Shown here in pieces: positions 13,601-26,514 of a stretch of DNA of 64,000 nucleotides. The stretch lies in the NCBI GenBank assembly GCA_977030845.1, contig OZ365116.1, positions 20,832,001 through 20,896,000 of the forward strand, written 5' to 3'. Within the stretch, counting starts at the first letter, position 1. Each line of letters opens with the position of its first letter. Both the position numbers and the translations under genes were made by a program. The notes beneath the pieces are model-generated. The model had not been told where the DNA came from. It searched no databases and saw nothing but the letters and a program-made list of their open reading frames with translations. This stretch comes from Fimbriosthenelais zetlandica (lineage: Eukaryota).

Positions 13601-16600
13601 TATTGAATTGATTACACAAGATTAATTTTTTGGTGGGGATTTTACAGATTTGTGACAAAGCTGGAGTCAAATGCTCACAGGGCAGAGTACATCTATTAAT
13701 TCGCGGTTTTCATATACATTGTATGATCATAAAGATGGCCTGAAATAATAGAGAACCTACCCTGTAGAAGTTGGTCTGTTGATTGAGGTATTTGAGATGC
13801 TGGGGGGTGAGTGAAGGGAGCATCACCACAGACACCATGCCCTCACTGAGGGAAGGGGCAGATGACGAAGCTTCCCCTGAACCCTCCTGCTCCTCCCTCC
13901 CACTCTGTTCCTCCTCTTCCCCTTCCTCCCCAGGGCTGCTGGGAGACGAGGTGCTGGCTCGTGGTGGCGGTTCTTTCTCTTCCTGTTCCTCTACCGCCTC
14001 TTCTCTAGTCGTCAGTGACTGAGTCAGACTGACGAGGTCTAGAAGCGTGGATATGGCGGCTTGCTGGATGGCGAAGTTGTTAGTAAAACAGCCAGTCACT
14101 AATAGCAACTGTAGCCATTCTGGGAAGGTGACTTTCTCTGAAAAAAGTAAAAAATCACAGGAAAGTCAAGGGTAAAGCTAAGACGAAATATCTAGTTCAA
14201 TCAATAAATGATTGTGAAGATGCTGACCTTTCTTGGAGGAGTTAAGAAGCTTCTGGTAGTTGGTACAGTACATGGGGAAGCATGAGAAGTCTACTAGGAG
14301 CTGGCAGGCACAGGAGAAAGCACTGGCCACAGTGACTGTGCGGTCCTCTAGTGGTAGTACCCTCACCTCCTCACCAGACCCGGACTCGCCTGAATAGTCA
14401 TCACCTCCCACATCACCGTCCATCAGATTTACCTACATAGTAAATCACAATTATTTTAGAATCATCATAATGCTATAGTCAATAGATATTTCCGCAAATC
14501 ATCAGGAATTTCAAGAAAGAAAAGAAATAAGATTTACCAGGGAGAATTTCTTTCTGTGTTGAGGGGACTGTGGAGGTACATGAACTCTGGGCAGGTTGAG
14601 ATGAGAGAGGGAGGCTGAGGGACGATGTATCTGAGAGATGAGAACCTCAGCCACCTCTGAATCCTGTAATACTCGGGTTTTAACCAGGGTACAGAACAGC
14701 TGCTGGAAGGAATGTACACACGCCTGGAGGAGCGTCTCCCCGCCTCCTCCTTGTTCACCCATAGACAGAGAACACTCAGTGGATCCAGTCAGTGACGGTT
14801 CTCGACCCAGGCCCACCTTCCTCTGAATGAACGGGGAATTGTGAGGCGTCAGCCGGGGGTGCTTTGGGAATGTGTCGAGCCTGTGTTCATCATATTGTAC
14901 AAAGTCAGTAAAGGATGTGGTTTCTTGTTTAGCAGCGTCCATGGCGTTGGCTACACTTAGTGTAGCGGATTCACGTTCCTGGCCCGCTTCACTATCAGCA
15001 CTAAGGTAATCCTCACTCCCACTGATCTGTGTCATGGTGTCTTCATTCTCCGAATCAAATGCGTTCTTCTCAGAGTCAGAGAAAGGATTCTTATGGGAGG
15101 TTTTTTGGAAGAAGCGTGTTGGAGAACTGAATCGACTGTCGTTGTCGTTCTGCAGTGCACCGCTACCACCCACGGGCGTCATGGAGGGAAGGACTCGGGT
15201 GAGGAGCTTAGAGCAGAGCTTCAGACCAGCCGTCAGTTCATCATCAGAGATGTGAACACACTGTGTGCTCAATGCCAGGATCACTTGACGTAAGAGTTCA
15301 GGTAAATGTTCTGCCTGTGTCTCTGTGTAAGTTTCCTACAACCATGTAACACATTAACATGAGAAACCTAAAAGAAACCTTTCAGTGTATATCCAACATG
15401 GATAGTGAAATTTTAAAAATTCAATTAATCACAAACACGTAAAACCTTTCAAACAGGAATGACATTTGAATTGAAACTAGAAACTAAACATTAAAATGTT
15501 ATGTCTTGGCGGAAACTGCTCCACTCTTTTTACCTCCTGTTTTGTTTCCCCATGTTGGACGTCAGATCTATCTACCTTAAGAAAAACCAACATTTTGTGG
15601 GGTTCTTAAATATATGGATAAATACAAAGAATGACAACCAACAAGGTTCATTTATCATTATTACATATATGATTATTAAATAAGATAAACTTGTTCCTAC
15701 TCACCAAGGCTACTTTGTCCAGGAGGAATTCAATGAGCTTGCAGAGTTCGGTCAGGGTTACTTTAGATACCACTTTCTCCGGGGCCCCCTCTGAGCTTGG
15801 CACGCCAGAATCTCTGTCAGCAGAGTGACGTGCTACAATGTCAAACGTCCTAGCGATGTAGTCCCACATGAAGTACGGCTCAAAAGCTCCAAACAACAGG
15901 TTGGCGGTCTTTATGATCTCACTGTTTATTAGTTTCTCCTCTTTGCGCTTGACAGGATCTTTGTTCTGGAAAAAATCATGATCATGAATATCAGAATTAC
16001 CGACATAAATCAATGATATTGAGAATGATATTGATAGTTTTTCAAAATATTTTTCTATTTTAATGGAAGTTATTATTATTTATTAATAGATTATTTATGT
16101 AATCGTATAGAGGTAGAATGAGTGATTGACGTACCAGTTTGCCTTTGAGTGGATGTCTCAGTGTTGGTTCAGCATCCTCTGTGCTCGTGTCCTCTAGCTG
16201 TGAGCTGCTCACGCCCTCACACTCCAGGTACATGTGTTTGAAGACGTCAATGAGTACATCCTCCAGGATGGCTGAGCCGATCTCTGGTTTATCCAGTAAA
16301 CTGATGAGGATACGGAAGGGGCGGAGGTTGGCTGGCTTACCGTCCGCTTGGTGCTCACCCCGCTGGGCCTCCTGTAACATTAAACCATACCATTAATGAA
16401 GTTATGTACGTTTTTTGTATCTTTATCTTTAGTAAATTCTTTAAATCCTTTAAATATTTGTCTAGTAAGATTACACTTTTAAAATCCAGAGGTATTCCTT
16501 AAACATAGTGAATATTTATCCAGTAAGATTTTACTTTTAAAACCATTATTTTTTAAGAAAAGCCGCCTTACCCTTATACAGGTTTGGATGCCGTGGACGA

Positions 16601-18294
16601 GCAGGTCTTTACTGAAGGTGTTAAAGTATCCTAGTTCTACCTCACTGGTGGTGCTCACACTGTCACTACGTGAAGCCAGCGCGGGAGGATTAAATGTGGC
16701 GGGCAGAGGCAGTGGATTACCACTGGCATCCGTCCCCAACAACCAGGCATATAAACGTCTAAAAAATCACAAACACATCATCATCAGCTACACCAGAAAA
16801 ATATATTCCACATTTTAATAACCAATTATGAATCCCGGCTAAGTTAATAAAAACCTGCTTGAATTTTGTCTTTACATATTAGGAATATTTTAGGAGGGGC
16901 AGTGTACCTGTTGAGGGACATATCCCGCCTGAGTACGGCCTTGATAGCCGCAGTACACAACTTGTACATGTCAGGTCTGGTAAGCTGACTGTTGTGCATA
17001 GGAAAACCAATGAGTAGAAGATCCAAGGCTGACCGCTGTACTAATACACTCTGGTCTTGTATGGAGCTGCATAGGCCCTCCACCTTCAAATAGAAATCAC
17101 CTTAATTCATTACAGAGTTCAGTTGTATAAGAATAACCATCTTTATACTATCCTAACACAGGTCAACTAGTATATTTTAAGGGTTTAAAAAATATTATCA
17201 AATAGAACATGATTGAATCATTGGACAGTGAGCTACTCACGAGAACATCGATGTTGGTGCCCATGAAGTGGAGCTGGTCTTCCATGCTTTGTTTCTTGTT
17301 GAAATGGGAGACTACAAAGTTGATGGCGGCCAGTCGAACCCCAGGAACTGTTAGGACACACTCCCAAAGACAGCCATGGAAAAACGCTGGCTCAGCAGAC
17401 TCAGCAAAGTCCTCAAGTAAATGGTTCGTTCTGTAATGATCGAAAATATAATGCTTCAATACTGAAATCATAAATTCAAGATATTGATATATGAAGAAGC
17501 TATTGTAATCAATTTAGAGTATCAATAATACCAGATATATTTCAGTTACTGTAGACTAGGACTGCCAATATACCAACCTATCAAAATGTTCTGACCCTTC
17601 CTCCAGACCCGGAAGAAGACCAAGCAAGAGACCAGTAAGTCCTGGTCTGATATAGCGTCCTAGGGTAACAAAGTGTTTCTCATAGATGGCCAGTAAAACG
17701 GGCTTAACATTCATAGCTGCGTAGGCCAGGAGAGGAAAAAGGCCAGCACTGTAGGTAAAGAGGTCTGCCGCCAGGCGCTGTGTGCCCACACATTTAAATA
17801 TGATATCATACGTCTCTAAAGCTTTAAGGTGGACGCCAGATGGCAGGGCTGGATGGAGACATTGCGCCAGGCGCTTCCCTATCGTCACACGTTTAGGTAT
17901 CACAGCATATTTCACATGACTAGAAAGAACCTGAAATGTAAAATACGAACACATTATCATGATTATCTACAGAATTAAATGTACATGTACTACCGTATAT
18001 TATCTACCTAATTTTTTTACCAATAATTATTACACTGATATGGCGTAAATCAACTAATACTAATTCATGTATTTTCTTGAATTTTCGAACAATAACATAT
18101 GGGAATTAATGCTGTCATTTCTAGTTGTCTCTCACAATAAAACTTACCTTGTTCAGCTTGCCAAGGGCTGATATAAGGTCTGCCCATTCGCTGGTATTCT
18201 CAAAGTTCTTGAGGGCCTTCTCCACTTGAGAGATGTACGCCCTATACTTAGAGTCTCCCAGCAACTCACACTCCTCAATGTTTAGAACATTCAT
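4607..18294 (-). CDS. DOP1: Dopey/DOP1 Golgi-endosome trafficking protein, 5' about 2100 codons (3' end runs out of the window)
   Basis: Phase-consistent exons: 18294-18148 ([49 protein letters not shown]), 17930-17578, 17430-17241, 17083-16908, 16758-16572, 16371-16135, 15965-15705, 15335-14538, 14432-14228, 14137-13761, 13575-13423, 12242-12139, 12032-11880, 11777-9666, 9394-9169, 7491-7303, 7177-7049, 6961-6821, 4767-4607 ([16 protein letters not shown]...). The Dopey N-terminal motif [21 protein letters not shown] is diagnostic. Confidence 0.95.
6470..6553 (-). CDS. DOP1: Putative 84-nt in-frame cassette exon of DOP1 ([28 protein letters not shown])
   Basis: Acceptor ccccatgcag|, donor |gtaagt, length 28 codons, phase 0-0 matching both flanking exons, no stop codon. 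Confidence 0.6.
12041..12084. repeat. Short intronic tandem repeat (cattaatgata(a)ccaca, about 2.7 copies)
   Basis: Read directly at 12041-12084, inside a DOP1 intron. Confidence 0.85.
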
Positions 18295-19478
18295 CTTGAC
18301 AGATGTTTGAACAAGCTGAAAAATATGGGATAATATGACATATTATACTTTATATACCTAAATGTCCTAATCTGTAAATAGGCTAGACAGTAATCTGAGT
18401 AAAGCATTATTCTGTATTTAATATCACAAAACTCCACATTAAGTCCCACTAGTTGAAAGGCAATTTCAATGGAGTACACTAACATTTTCAATGATACACA
18501 GTGACCGACTGTCAATGACTGTGGAAATCAGAATCAGGATTTTGCTAATTTTAGTACTGCTTAGTAATGGTAGAATGACATCATCTAATAATATCAAGGA
18601 CAACGGAACAAGGAACAATGACATGGTCTTGGCTATAGAATCGTTCAGAATATTCAAACGTACAGGCACAATCAACAGGTCAACAAACATTGAGCAAGCA
18701 CAGCTGCTTCTAGTTTCGACCTGCCCCACCCATACAACTAACAAACTGATGTTGATTGCGCGACCTGGTCAGATTCGTGGAGGAAGACCCCCTGATTCTG
18801 AGAATAATTTAACGGTGCCGTACCGATATTATAAGTAACAGAAACCAACATCTAATTTACCTTTCATATATGTGTTGTTCTTCCTTTCACTGACAAGAAT
18901 TAATCCAAAATTCACCTTTAAATGCCATCACATCACGGGACATACGTGAATCAGTTTCTGAAGATAGAAAGTTATGGTTCGAGGCAAATAGCTTCTGGAT
19001 GAACTGCTACATAGAAATTTATAAATACCGGCATTTCGAGATGATTGTCGGCATTCTGCACGTAGTATTATTACAGACACTAAGAATAACTCGGTTATAT
19101 TCATTATTGACTCATTTTGTTAACAGTATAGCACTTACAACGAGTTTCCGCCGAGAACTTCTAACATAGCAGTTATCAAAGCTACAAGTAATGAACAGCA
19201 GGTCCGCGCAGAATGCAATCCGCCGTTTCATTGGATGTGTCCGTATATTTACGGATCACTAGTGAGAAAAACACAAAAAACAAATAATTTTTTGTATTTA
19301 TTGATTTTGTTTTGTCTAATTATACAATCTTTTAGTGGTTTCATCCAGTTTACTATATGCTAAGAATTTCAATAATATTTTTGCACACATTTTATCCTGC
19401 GGAAATCGGCTTCGGGGGACACACGTGAAATTCGTCCTCTAAACTGTAGACGGCAATTCAGTTAAGTTTAAGGCAAAA

Positions 19479-20193
19479 ATGGACTATTCTACGCCCCCAG
19501 CAGGAGCAAAGTTCGATTCTGGTCAGAGGGATCAGTTGATGGACCAAGTAAAATCACAGATCGCGGTCGCCAACGCCCAGGAATTGCTTCAGGTAGGCTA
19601 GTGTAGTAGTGACAGCGTCTGAATCTGATGACATACCCACCCACCCAGTACCTGGCTCTAGACTAGTTAGACTGAGAGGCTCTGTCCGACTCTCAGGTCA
19701 CTGGCTTAATAATAGTAGGCCTACAACTTAGAAATAGAAATTTTACTTAGGTTTTCTCTGCTACTACTTCACTCGCTATTTTAATATTCAACCAACTTAA
19801 TTTTTGTTTCTTTCAGAAAATGTCTGACAAATGTTTTAAGAAATGTATAACCAAGCCAGGAACATCTTTGGATAGCTCTGAAACAGTAAGTACAATAATG
19901 TCAAACTTAAGTCTGCATTACTTGCCATAAGCTGATTTTTAAACATCAATATTTAGGGAAAAGATAAACAATTATTGTAAAATAATAGGGCCCATATAAA
20001 TACTTAATATTTTTCACATCTAGCTTTATTATCAATACTGAATAAGACGTATGTGTTGCCGGTACTTAAATTAATTTTTTTTTTTTCACAGAAATGTATA
20101 GCCATGTGTATGGACCGTTACATGGACTCCTGGAATTTAGTCTCCCGAGCCTACACAACACGATTACAGAAAGAAAGAAACAAGATGGGATAA
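19479..20193 (+). CDS. TIMM13: Mitochondrial intermembrane-space small Tim chaperone Tim13, 94 aa
   Basis: Exons 19479-19592, 19817-19885 and 20092-20193 give [94 protein letters not shown], with twin CX3C. Missed by the ORF track. Confidence 0.97.
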
Positions 20194-20880
20194 CATTATG
20201 GAGGCCTACCACTTCCAATACACATTAAGCTGAATCCATAATATTGTTACATTACGGTAACACAGACGATTTTTTGGTTAGAATGTTCCGATTAGTTGAA
20301 ATGTTTCTGCGTACCCTACCCTGCTAATGTATTTCTGTTACTACCATAGCGAAGAAAGTGTAATGACAAGAAGAGATAAGCCTCTCTGAATATAAGGTCT
20401 AGTATCCTTTGGATTCGGGAACTATACCTGATTGTAAATAATTTTACAATTTGAAAGGATGCTTGTATGCAAGGAGTTTGTATTATCAGTTACGGGGTGC
20501 ACGTGTTGAACACAAAATAAAATGTAGCCTACAAAAGTTATATACATCTTAATGCTTGTGGATATAATGGAAACAGACATCAAAGAATGACTTAGCCCTT
20601 TTTACTCTGAATAATATTAAATTGAGTATACAGATAAAGGTGTGTGCCTGACCCGTATATTATTTACCGAGTAAGAGATGAACGCTTGATTTCATTTAGC
20701 ACAATATTGTCACACCGATATTCTCAATTAATGCGTTAATTAATACATGTAAATATTTTCCTCTAAGTATAAAATATATATCTCATAATTTATAAAAATA
20801 TATTTCGTGCATGAATATAAATTACTGTCCGTGTACAAAAATATATGTAACTTTAGAGAGTTCAAGCGTGAATGGATTCA

Positions 20881-22103
20881 TCAACCATACAAATCTATTT
20901 TGGGACTCTTCTGCTCCGATTTCTCTAAATTTTCCGTACGGTTTCTCAATGTCCGTGTACGAAGCAGATCCTCCATAACAACAACACTCTGAAAAAGGAG
21001 CATATTTAAAAAAATATAAAATGTCTTTTGTTTACCCTGACATTGTGTTCCATATAAAATTTATTTATCTCGTCGAAAATAGACTTCTAGTAACGGGAGT
21101 TGAGTAAGTCTTACTCGCCTTTCTCGCTCCATGATTGAGGAATCTCTCTGCAAAACATTCAAGTACAGAACCTAATCTCCCAAAGCCGTGGACTGTGACA
21201 CTACCTGTCTGTTTGAAGATAGTCCTTCAAAAAAGCAAAGTAATCCATTTTAATGTAGTTAGTACAATTGCCAAATGATATATTAAAGCCTATTTTCCAC
21301 TAAGGCGCACTAACCATCTGTCATTCAGCGGGTCAGGTTCAAATGAGGATTTTTCTGTGGCAGAAACAAATCGGTTCCAGGTAATATTCCTGCTGGTAAT
21401 AAACATTCGTCGTCTACACGCATTCACAGTACATTCCTCCTCTAGTAAGATGGTCTCAACATTGAGGACGTGTAGCTGAAAAGTCCACATATAAGAAGAA
21501 TCGAATATCCATATTTATTAATTCTACTGGTCTTTATGTGTGCGGCTGCCATGAATTATTGACAAAATAATTATATAAATACATGTACATAACTAACTTC
21601 CTCTATGAACTATTAAAGTAAATGACATACAGATTATGAATTTTATGCAAGATTTACCTTTCGTAGAAAATGTGGAATTATATTTTCACACATTGCCAAG
21701 CGTTTCAAGTATTCTTTTCCTGTCGACACATCTGTATTTGAAACAAGAGTCTGTTCATATATTGCACTTAAAATACACTAATCATCATTTCCTATCAACT
21801 TCTGTAAATTATGTTTATTCATCTCTTATGTCTTTACCTGTATATTGTTCAACTGTGTCCATTTTCAGCACATTTTTCTCCCATTTATTAGGGTACTGTA
21901 ATGAAAATGGTCAACATCAGGCATGTGAACCACGTATAGATTACTATTTTATTTTTAACATGCATTGTAAAGTGATTTCAACTTTAAGCGTTTTAGAAAT
22001 TTAATGGAAATTCAGTACCGGTATCTACCTTTGTCAGATGTGTAGCAATCAACATTTCTGAGCGATACTTGAAGACATGGCTAATATTGACACTTATAAC
22101 CAT
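20881..22103 (-). CDS. PRELID2: PRELI-domain protein 2 (PRELID2-like), 193 aa, 6 exons, last intron GC-AG
   Basis: Exons 22103-22029 (MVISVNISHVFKYRSEMLIATHLTK), 21895-21838 (YPNKWEKNV...), 21731-21658, 21475-21315 (LHVLNVETILLEEEC...SRNITW), 21224-21119, 20988-20881. The spliced product is collinear with human PRELID2 as recalled (MGVSVDVHQVYKY...KYPNPMDKNV...LEEESWLN). Confidence 0.9.
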
Positions 22104-22501
22104 GTTGAAGCCTGTGAGGGTGTTCAGCCGTTGGTTTAGCAGCATCCGCGCCGTCAGGGAGGAGGCGATCCCTGTGTGACAGGCTTCCGGAGGTTGAGCG
22201 CCCAAACACCGGCGACCAAAATTGGCAAAAAGCCGACGACGGCACCCCGACCAGCGCTCACTAAAACCGAGGATTTGTAAATGGCAAGCGGTTTATTGCT
22301 ACAAAAACTACAGCGAAAGAGATTCATTCTAAGGCATTTTGTCGATAGACTAGTGTATGAGTGTAATTTACCTCCTGAATTCCTGATAACTTGAGGTTTT
22401 TACCCTGGATGATAGCCTGGACCCGCCCCATCAGGCCGCCGCCATCTTTGTTTATATAGTTCACACGAATTCCGCCAGGCGGAGGAGGAGTGCCAGGCAG
22501 A

Positions 22502-22528
22502 GCGGAAGTGACGTCATTCCATGGCAAC
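22502..22528. promoter_or_regulatory. Overlapping ETS-CRE element plus RFX X-box half site in the PRELID2/ORF150 divergent promoter
   Basis: GCGGAAGTGACGTCA at 22502-22516 followed by CCATGGCAAC at 22519-22528; TATATAAG at 22683-22690. Confidence 0.65.
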
Positions 22529-22930
22529 CAGGGGGCGGCAGTAACAACGGGAGGCTTGAGTTTGGCGCTTTCACACGCTTGTCAACCTGGGTGGGGGGTC
22601 GAGGCCGGGAGGGGGTTACAGTTTTGAGCCAACATTAATATTCAGGAGCGCTCCCTAGTTGGCGAGTAAGACTATAAGTTGCTATATAAGGATCACGTCT
22701 TTAGTTACATGGTAAAAGCGGAGTGAAGCGGTCCACTCGCTCAGTTCTACAGGATCTCAGCAACAGTCCGGACGGGCGACAGAGCCAGAACACTCAGGAA
22801 AGTTTTGCAACGAAGAAAAGCCGAAGCAAACTTTTATTTCTGGTTGTGCATCACGGGAAAGCAAGCTTCTTATAGATCTACTTGTGTTATTCTTTCTGTG
22901 CCTAACTGAGAACACTGGGAAATCGACCAC

Positions 22931-23383
22931 ATGCAGATAGCCACTGCGACTTTAGCTCCCAACTTCGCGGTGAATCCGGCAACGGTAACTTGGGAAAGAC
23001 TTGAAGCCATCCGACTTCAAAAGCTCGGTTTCACCAACAAGTATTCTCGTCATTTCAACGTTTTGAGGACGCACATCGCCCCAAACTCAACGATGAAGGA
23101 CGATCAAATAGCTCTCGGAGGTCTCCCTAAGGAATATACCTTAGAAATGGCCGGTGGGAACCAACCATGCAATCCTGCTGCTGATGGACTCAAACGTGCC
23201 AAGACGATGCTGGACGGAGCATCTGCTCCGAACAAGTCCAACTCGCTAGCTCCTTTTGCCACCGTAGGTAAGCCTACCTGCGGATACTTCTTCTCCAGGG
23301 AAACAGACAACCGCAAAGTGAAATTTGGAATCCCACCCAGCGATCTGGTAAAATGGAGGCACTTTGGTGGACCCCACAACTAA
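22931..23383 (+). CDS. Uncharacterised intronless 150-aa protein
   Basis: ATG-initiated ORF of ordinary amino-acid complexity, GC-richer than the AT-rich flanks, downstream of a motif-rich promoter. No family recognised. Confidence 0.7.
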   Translation: MQIATATLAPNFAVNPATVTWERLEAIRLQKLGFTNKYSRHFNVLRTHIAPNSTMKDDQIALGGLPKEYTLEMAGGNQPCNPAADGLKRAKTMLDGASAPNKSNSLAPFATVGKPTCGYFFSRETDNRKVKFGIPPSDLVKWRHFGGPHN

Positions 23384-26300
23384 CTTTCCTAAAGACTAAA
23401 GTAGATCTAAAGTCAAGATATTTTCTGGCGTCACCAGCACAATCATGACCAAAAATAATTCCTTGACCAGATCTAGATCATGAGTGAACATTAAACCACA
23501 CCAACTTTCATGAAGTATCCTCGATCTATTTAAATTAATTTAGTCTTATTTAAACACAATGTAATCCACTGACAGTCAGAGTGTCAGTCACTCTGAATTC
23601 TTCATTCAAGCATCAAACAAACTGCTGAAATACATGTAGAATCTATGTTACATAAATGTAGCCAACATGGAAATGCAGAATACCTATTGTAAACACGTTT
23701 TCTGTGAGTAATGCCAATGAGTCTCAATATTGAGTCTCAATATATGTATAACTAGTAGGCCTATAGCTTGTATTAACTATGACACACAAATCTTTGGCTT
23801 AAACCTCAAGGCTCACAGCTTGACCTGAGCTCTTTGTTACATATCTTTTCCCTGGTTTCTTCATGTGTACTCGAATGTTTGTATCCATATTCATTATAAT
23901 GTGTTTTATATTGGCCATGGACCAAAAATATAGGAGCTGATCAGATTATCATTTTATATATTCTTGCGTATTGGCCAACATAATACCTTAACTTGGCAAA
24001 GTCATAGTGTTCTATCTGTCAGTATTATAATTTTATGAAGCCATATCGATATTGGCTATAATATTATACAGCTATATAATACTATTTATTCTGTGAGAGG
24101 TTTCTATTATCCTGAGGGGTGAAGGACTGGATCAGTATGAGTTTATCACAGTTTTCTGATTTTACTGTAACCAACAGACCAGTTTGGTCAGAGTGGATCA
24201 CACCTGTCAACTATACTATGTATTCATTGGAAGTTTGTAACAACGATTGCATCCATAACATTAATATTACGTATATCAAAGTAAGTCAGCCTTTGTTGTC
24301 AATAAATTACTGAAATGAAATTTCATTGTAACCCTACTGGAGCTTAATAGTCAATTTATTAAATATTTTAGCTTTTCAAAGTTAAAAAAAACATCTTTGT
24401 TAATAGTCTGTATTTAAGCAGGAAATATATTTTGAGACTTTAGAAATATGCAACTTCATAATCACTGGAGTTTTGAATAATCCAAAATCCGACCGTGCCA
24501 TATTCACGTTTCTTTATGGCCAAACAAAGTCCCAAAGGCGTTTGGCCCAAGAAAATATTACATAAGGCAATAAAATATAATAGGAAAGGGAATGGTTTTT
24601 AAATCTTTAGGATTGTGTGCAAGCTTAATTATACAAATTTCGTTTATAGGATTAGGATTGTTAAACCAGTAATAAAGCTGTAACTATGTCTAGGTGTGGT
24701 ATGTGCATGTACCAGTAACTTATGTCACTCGAGAAATGAACAATTTAAGGGCCAACTTATCACGAGACTGAGCAATCTATAGCTAGACGAAAGGCAGTCG
24801 AGTTTGGCCTCTTCATGATTCTCTAGAGAGAAGTTCTGTGCGATTCGTGATTAATTATTGACTGTTGATCTACATGTAAATCAGGAACCAATAATATTTT
24901 TAACAAATTGAGATGCATACATGCATGTATGGCAATTTCTCTAGCCTAGGTCTCCCAATTTCTGAGCGCGCATTAAAGTTTAGGATGTAATAGACTTATT
25001 TCCCAGGCCTGTTAAAATCTCTCTAATCTTTAATCCCCAAACCTGGATTATATGAGGTTAGATTAGGTGAATTTAAGATGATTTAAGAGTATCAGTATAC
25101 CTTGATTTCAGCCATCAAAATAATATAGTCATTACACTGAAATGTTTGCTCGTTCCGTCTAAATGCTAGATGTTTTATTATTTATAAAGCAAGCAGTGAT
25201 TAAAGCAACCAGTACTTAATCACATTGTTTTTAAAAACTCACCCTCTTACTTAACTTCCCTCTCAAGTGACCTTTAGTATAATCAACGATTCTATTTTCA
25301 TTGCCAATGTAAACAAGACTTAGAGACTGTTCGAAAAGAAATGTTTTTCATAAACAAAATTGTACCCAAAGATTAAACTTTTGAACAATTTACCAATCAT
25401 TTTCTCAAAACCACAAGTGTGACTAAAAGGCAAGCAGAGAATTCAAAGAAACAACTTCGCCCATACGCAACTTAAACTTAGAAACCATTGAACTCTTTTC
25501 CTTTGATATTGATTACAGAAACATATGTTGGTAAAATGGGATTTCAGACTTCTCCACATTTAAATGAAGTGTAAGCTTCCTATTCAATGGATGAATAATT
25601 AAAGTAACGGAAATAGCAGCTAGTGGACTCTCTACAGCATGATCATCAGTCATTCAGACTACAAACATCTTAGTAAAACAAGCCTGGCAAACATTTTACA
25701 ACCATTTCTACTGTATGTTTATGTAAATAATGCGTAAAATTATACCGGATTTAGATTAAAATACTCTTGGTAACCTTATTTTCAGCATTAAGAATATTAG
25801 TTTCAAAGAAAAAACAGAAGGTATTTATTTTTTAGACAATTATAAGTTTTCATTTATTATTTTTAATATAACATAATCCCACAATGTATAAAGTAAATGC
25901 TAAAAGAAACAGGTGAAGCCACTTAGCTGTTAACTGGGCTATACACAAGTAATTTGAGCAGCAAGAAGACACTGTGAGTGACTAGAATAACCCAATACAA
26001 AAAAAAGATTTGAAAGAACAAATTGAAACACAACGCTTACTGTCTTGATTTCCCGAAACATCAATAAGAAAATAATCTCTACAACATTTAATCTTCTGAT
26101 AACTCTACTGCATCTGGGAGTGAAAATACCCTCTACAATACATCTTCAGAATTCTAGAGCATCTAATAATGTATTTATTGGAATGATAAAGTACAAGATT
26201 ATATCATTAAAGAGTGCATTTTCACAGACGAGAGTACAAAGCACTTCACTCATAAAGATGATAATCATTCAGTACATAGCACGGACTCCTATAGACCTAC

Positions 26301-26514
26301 ATTTTATAAGAAGCACATTTTTAATGTGTGGGATAAACTCAGACATGACGATTATGTATTCATAATTCTTAGCACAAGTACATGGAAGGACTTCTACAAC
26401 CTTTTATAAACAAAAAACAAACATTTCCATGCACACCTTGGACCAGGTACTGTTTTTCAAACAATGGTAACTTAGATTTAGTTATAGCATAAATATCTGA
26501 ACATAATCATTTTA

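Noticed and set aside
18466-18838. Overlapping 92-aa (-) and 115-aa (+) ORFs upstream of the DOP1 ATG
   Set aside because: Non-ATG starts, no family signal; they lie in the probable first (5' UTR) intron.
19626-19680. C/D-box-like words (CTGATGA ... CTGA) in TIMM13 intron 1
   Set aside because: Imperfect C box, too short, and no terminal stem or recognisable rRNA guide.
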